In this document: positions 62,440 to 64,000 of the stretch, one piece after another
Position numbering within the stretch: position 1 is the first letter of the stretch
How the letters are laid out: each line of letters opens with the position of its first letter
DNA from: an uncultured Spirochaetota bacterium
Lineage (GTDB): Bacteria > Spirochaetota > Spirochaetia > SZUA-6 > CAVTHK01
Assembly: GCA_963734495.1 (NCBI GenBank)
Contig: CAVTHK010000002.1
Coordinates: 195,346-259,345, forward strand
Length of the DNA: 64,000 nt
Direction of reading: 5' to 3'
The notes under the pieces: generated by a model
Database searches by the model: none
Seen by the model: the letters and a program-made list of their open reading frames with translations, nothing else
What the model was told of the DNA's origin: nothing
Position numbers and translations under genes: made by a program

Positions 62440-63858
62440 TTGGCGCTATCGATCCTGGAAGCGCTTCCTTCCGACTCGCGGGGGCTGCCCCACGCGAGCC
62501 GCTCGCCGTTGCAGGCCGGGACGGGCTTTTCCCGCATCTTTGACGCCGCGCGCGCCGGCGCGGCGGAATCGAACGACATCGGAATGCCTCAGGCGGCCGC
62601 CGCAGGCTCGGGGCCCGGGCCCCTGCCCGCCGCGGAGCTCCCCGCGCAGGCGCCGCAGCCGCAGCCCCCGCAGCAGCCGCCCGCCGACCGCCGGCAGGAT
62701 GCGGCCGCGGGCGGGCAGCCCGCGGCGCAGGAGCAGCGGCCGGCGGCGCAACAGGCCGCCGCCAAAGCGGAGCCCGCGGAAGCGGGCAGGCCTGCCGAAC
62801 GCGCCGCCGCAGCAGACCGGCGCGCGGGCCGGCAGCCCGTCGACGGGCGCGCTGCCGCGACGCAGGCGCGGGACCGCGGCGCCGCGACGGCGCCGAAGCG
62901 ACCCGAGGCCGGGGCCCGCGGCCGCCTCGCCGCCGCCGCGGAGGCGCCGAAAGCCGCCGAAGCCGAGGCGGCGGCGCGGAAGGGCGCCCGCGTCCATGAT
63001 GGGCGTGCAGCGGAAAAAGCCGCGCCGGACGGCCAGGCGCCGCAGGCGGCCGCACGCAAGGAGCGCGCCGGGGCGGACGGGCGGGCGCGGCATCACGCGG
63101 GGGAGCGGGTCCTCACGGCTGCAGAGCAGCTTGTGGCCGCGGTCGCCGGCCGCCCCCAGGCCGCCCGGCCCGCCTCGGCGTCCGGGAATGCGGGCGAACC
63201 GCAAAAGAAGGTCGAAGGTCCGCGCAAGGACGGTCACGCGGAGCCCCGGGTCGTCGTGATCGACCTGAGGAAGCAGCAGCCGCCGCAACCCGCCAGGGAA
63301 AAGCCGGTGGAGCCCGCTGAACGCGTGAGCCGGACCGTGAAAGACGGCGACCGAGACGGCCATGGCCTCTCCGTCTCCGTCTTCAAGGCCGACAGAAATG
63401 CCGAGCCGCCCGCGGCCGCGGCCGCGCCCCAGGCCGCCGGCCGCTTCCGGGATGCGCTCCAGGCGGAGCTCGTCCGCCACTCGACGATGGTGCTGCGCGA
63501 CGACGGGGCCACGAGCGAGATGCGGCTCGTCCTGAAGCCGGAAAGCCTCGGGGCGGTCCGCATCCACCTGCGCATGGCGGACAACCGTATAGAGGGCCAG
63601 ATAGTTGTCGACAATAAGAACGTGAGGCAGCTCTTCGAGTCGGTGCTGCCTTCGCTGGAGGACGGGCTGCGCCAGCAGGGGTTCGGGAGCGCGAGCCTGG
63701 AGGTTTCGGTCGGCTATCGCGACGCGACGGCGCACCGGGACCCCTTGCCCGAGGCGGGGCGCGTCGGGGCGGTCGGCGCGACGGAAGCGCCGGCGAGAGC
63801 GGCGGACCGCTGGGCGGTCCTCAAGCTCGGAGACGGCCTCGTCGATCTGGTCGTGTAG
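62440..63858 (+). CDS. fliK: flagellar hook-length control protein FliK-like
   Basis: Ala/Pro/Gln-rich low-complexity N-terminus; C-terminal LVLKPESLGAVRIHL..LEDGLRQQGF domain; start uncertain. Confidence 0.85.
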   Translation: MALSILEALPSDSRGLPHASRSPLQAGTGFSRIFDAARAGAAESNDIGMPQAAAAGSGPGPLPAAELPAQAPQPQPPQQPPADRRQDAAAGGQPAAQEQRPAAQQAAAKAEPAEAGRPAERAAAADRRAGRQPVDGRAAATQARDRGAATAPKRPEAGARGRLAAAAEAPKAAEAEAAARKGARVHDGRAAEKAAPDGQAPQAAARKERAGADGRARHHAGERVLTAAEQLVAAVAGRPQAARPASASGNAGEPQKKVEGPRKDGHAEPRVVVIDLRKQQPPQPAREKPVEPAERVSRTVKDGDRDGHGLSVSVFKADRNAEPPAAAAAPQAAGRFRDALQAELVRHSTMVLRDDGATSEMRLVLKPESLGAVRIHLRMADNRIEGQIVVDNKNVRQLFESVLPSLEDGLRQQGFGSASLEVSVGYRDATAHRDPLPEAGRVGAVGATEAPARAADRWAVLKLGDGLVDLVV

Positions 63859-63886
63859 GCCGGTCGCGGGAAGACGACGGGCCCCT

Positions 63887-63984
63887 GAGGGCCCCTCGAA
63901 GGCTCGGGACTTGGGACCTGGCGAAGACGCCAGGGAGGGCCCCTCGAAAGCTCGGGACTTGGGACCTGGCGAGGACGCCAGGTC
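63887..63984 (+). repeat. two tandem 48-bp hairpin repeats (copies B and C)
   Basis: Units 63887-63934 and 63935-63982 differ at 2 positions; a truncated start ACGGGCCCCT lies at 63877. Confidence 0.9.
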
Positions 63985-64000
63985 AGAGGAGAGCGTCATA

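Noticed and set aside
63887-63984. Tandem repeats as a CRISPR array
   Set aside because: The units abut with no unique spacers, and there are no cas genes in the window.

Overview
High-GC bacterial chromosome segment, almost certainly from a spirochaete (Spirochaetota). The evidence is the 16S signatures, a tRNA-Ile-only spacer, and the spirochaete-type gene order mraZ-rsmH-ftsL-murF-mraY-ftsW-ftsQ-ftsA-ftsZ-xerD-dprA-xerC-hslVU-flgBC-fliEFGHIJ-flbB-fliK. Layout: (1) 0.25-5.5 kb, a complete rrn operon (16S, tRNA-Ile, 23S, 5S). (2) 5.5-30 kb, an accessory metabolic region: a glycyl radical enzyme (GRE) with non-canonical catalytic loops plus its activase, a UxuA-like dehydratase, an aldo/keto reductase, ddh-lysA, a beta-barrel-like protein, a LacI/GH1/ABC/AKR/3xVOC/MFS sugar locus, an NDK-like protein, a DUF222-HNH gene, HAD, lactonase and pcm. 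(3) 30-40.6 kb, DegT-like, nadK, recN, hypotheticals and DUF4912-GH57. (4) 40.9-64 kb, the conserved dcw/xer/hsl/flagellar cluster. The best candidate for an undescribed system is the atypical GRE locus (Cys loop SNCWE, Gly loop RMGGW). Other signals: a hairpin repeat family placed just before ribosome-binding sites, about seven apparently leaderless genes, palindromes in and beside the HNH gene, and a switch-like leader before DUF4912-GH57. Two +1 frameshifts (lysA, ABC permease) may be sequencing errors. All assignments come from motif recognition by eye; no database searches were run.
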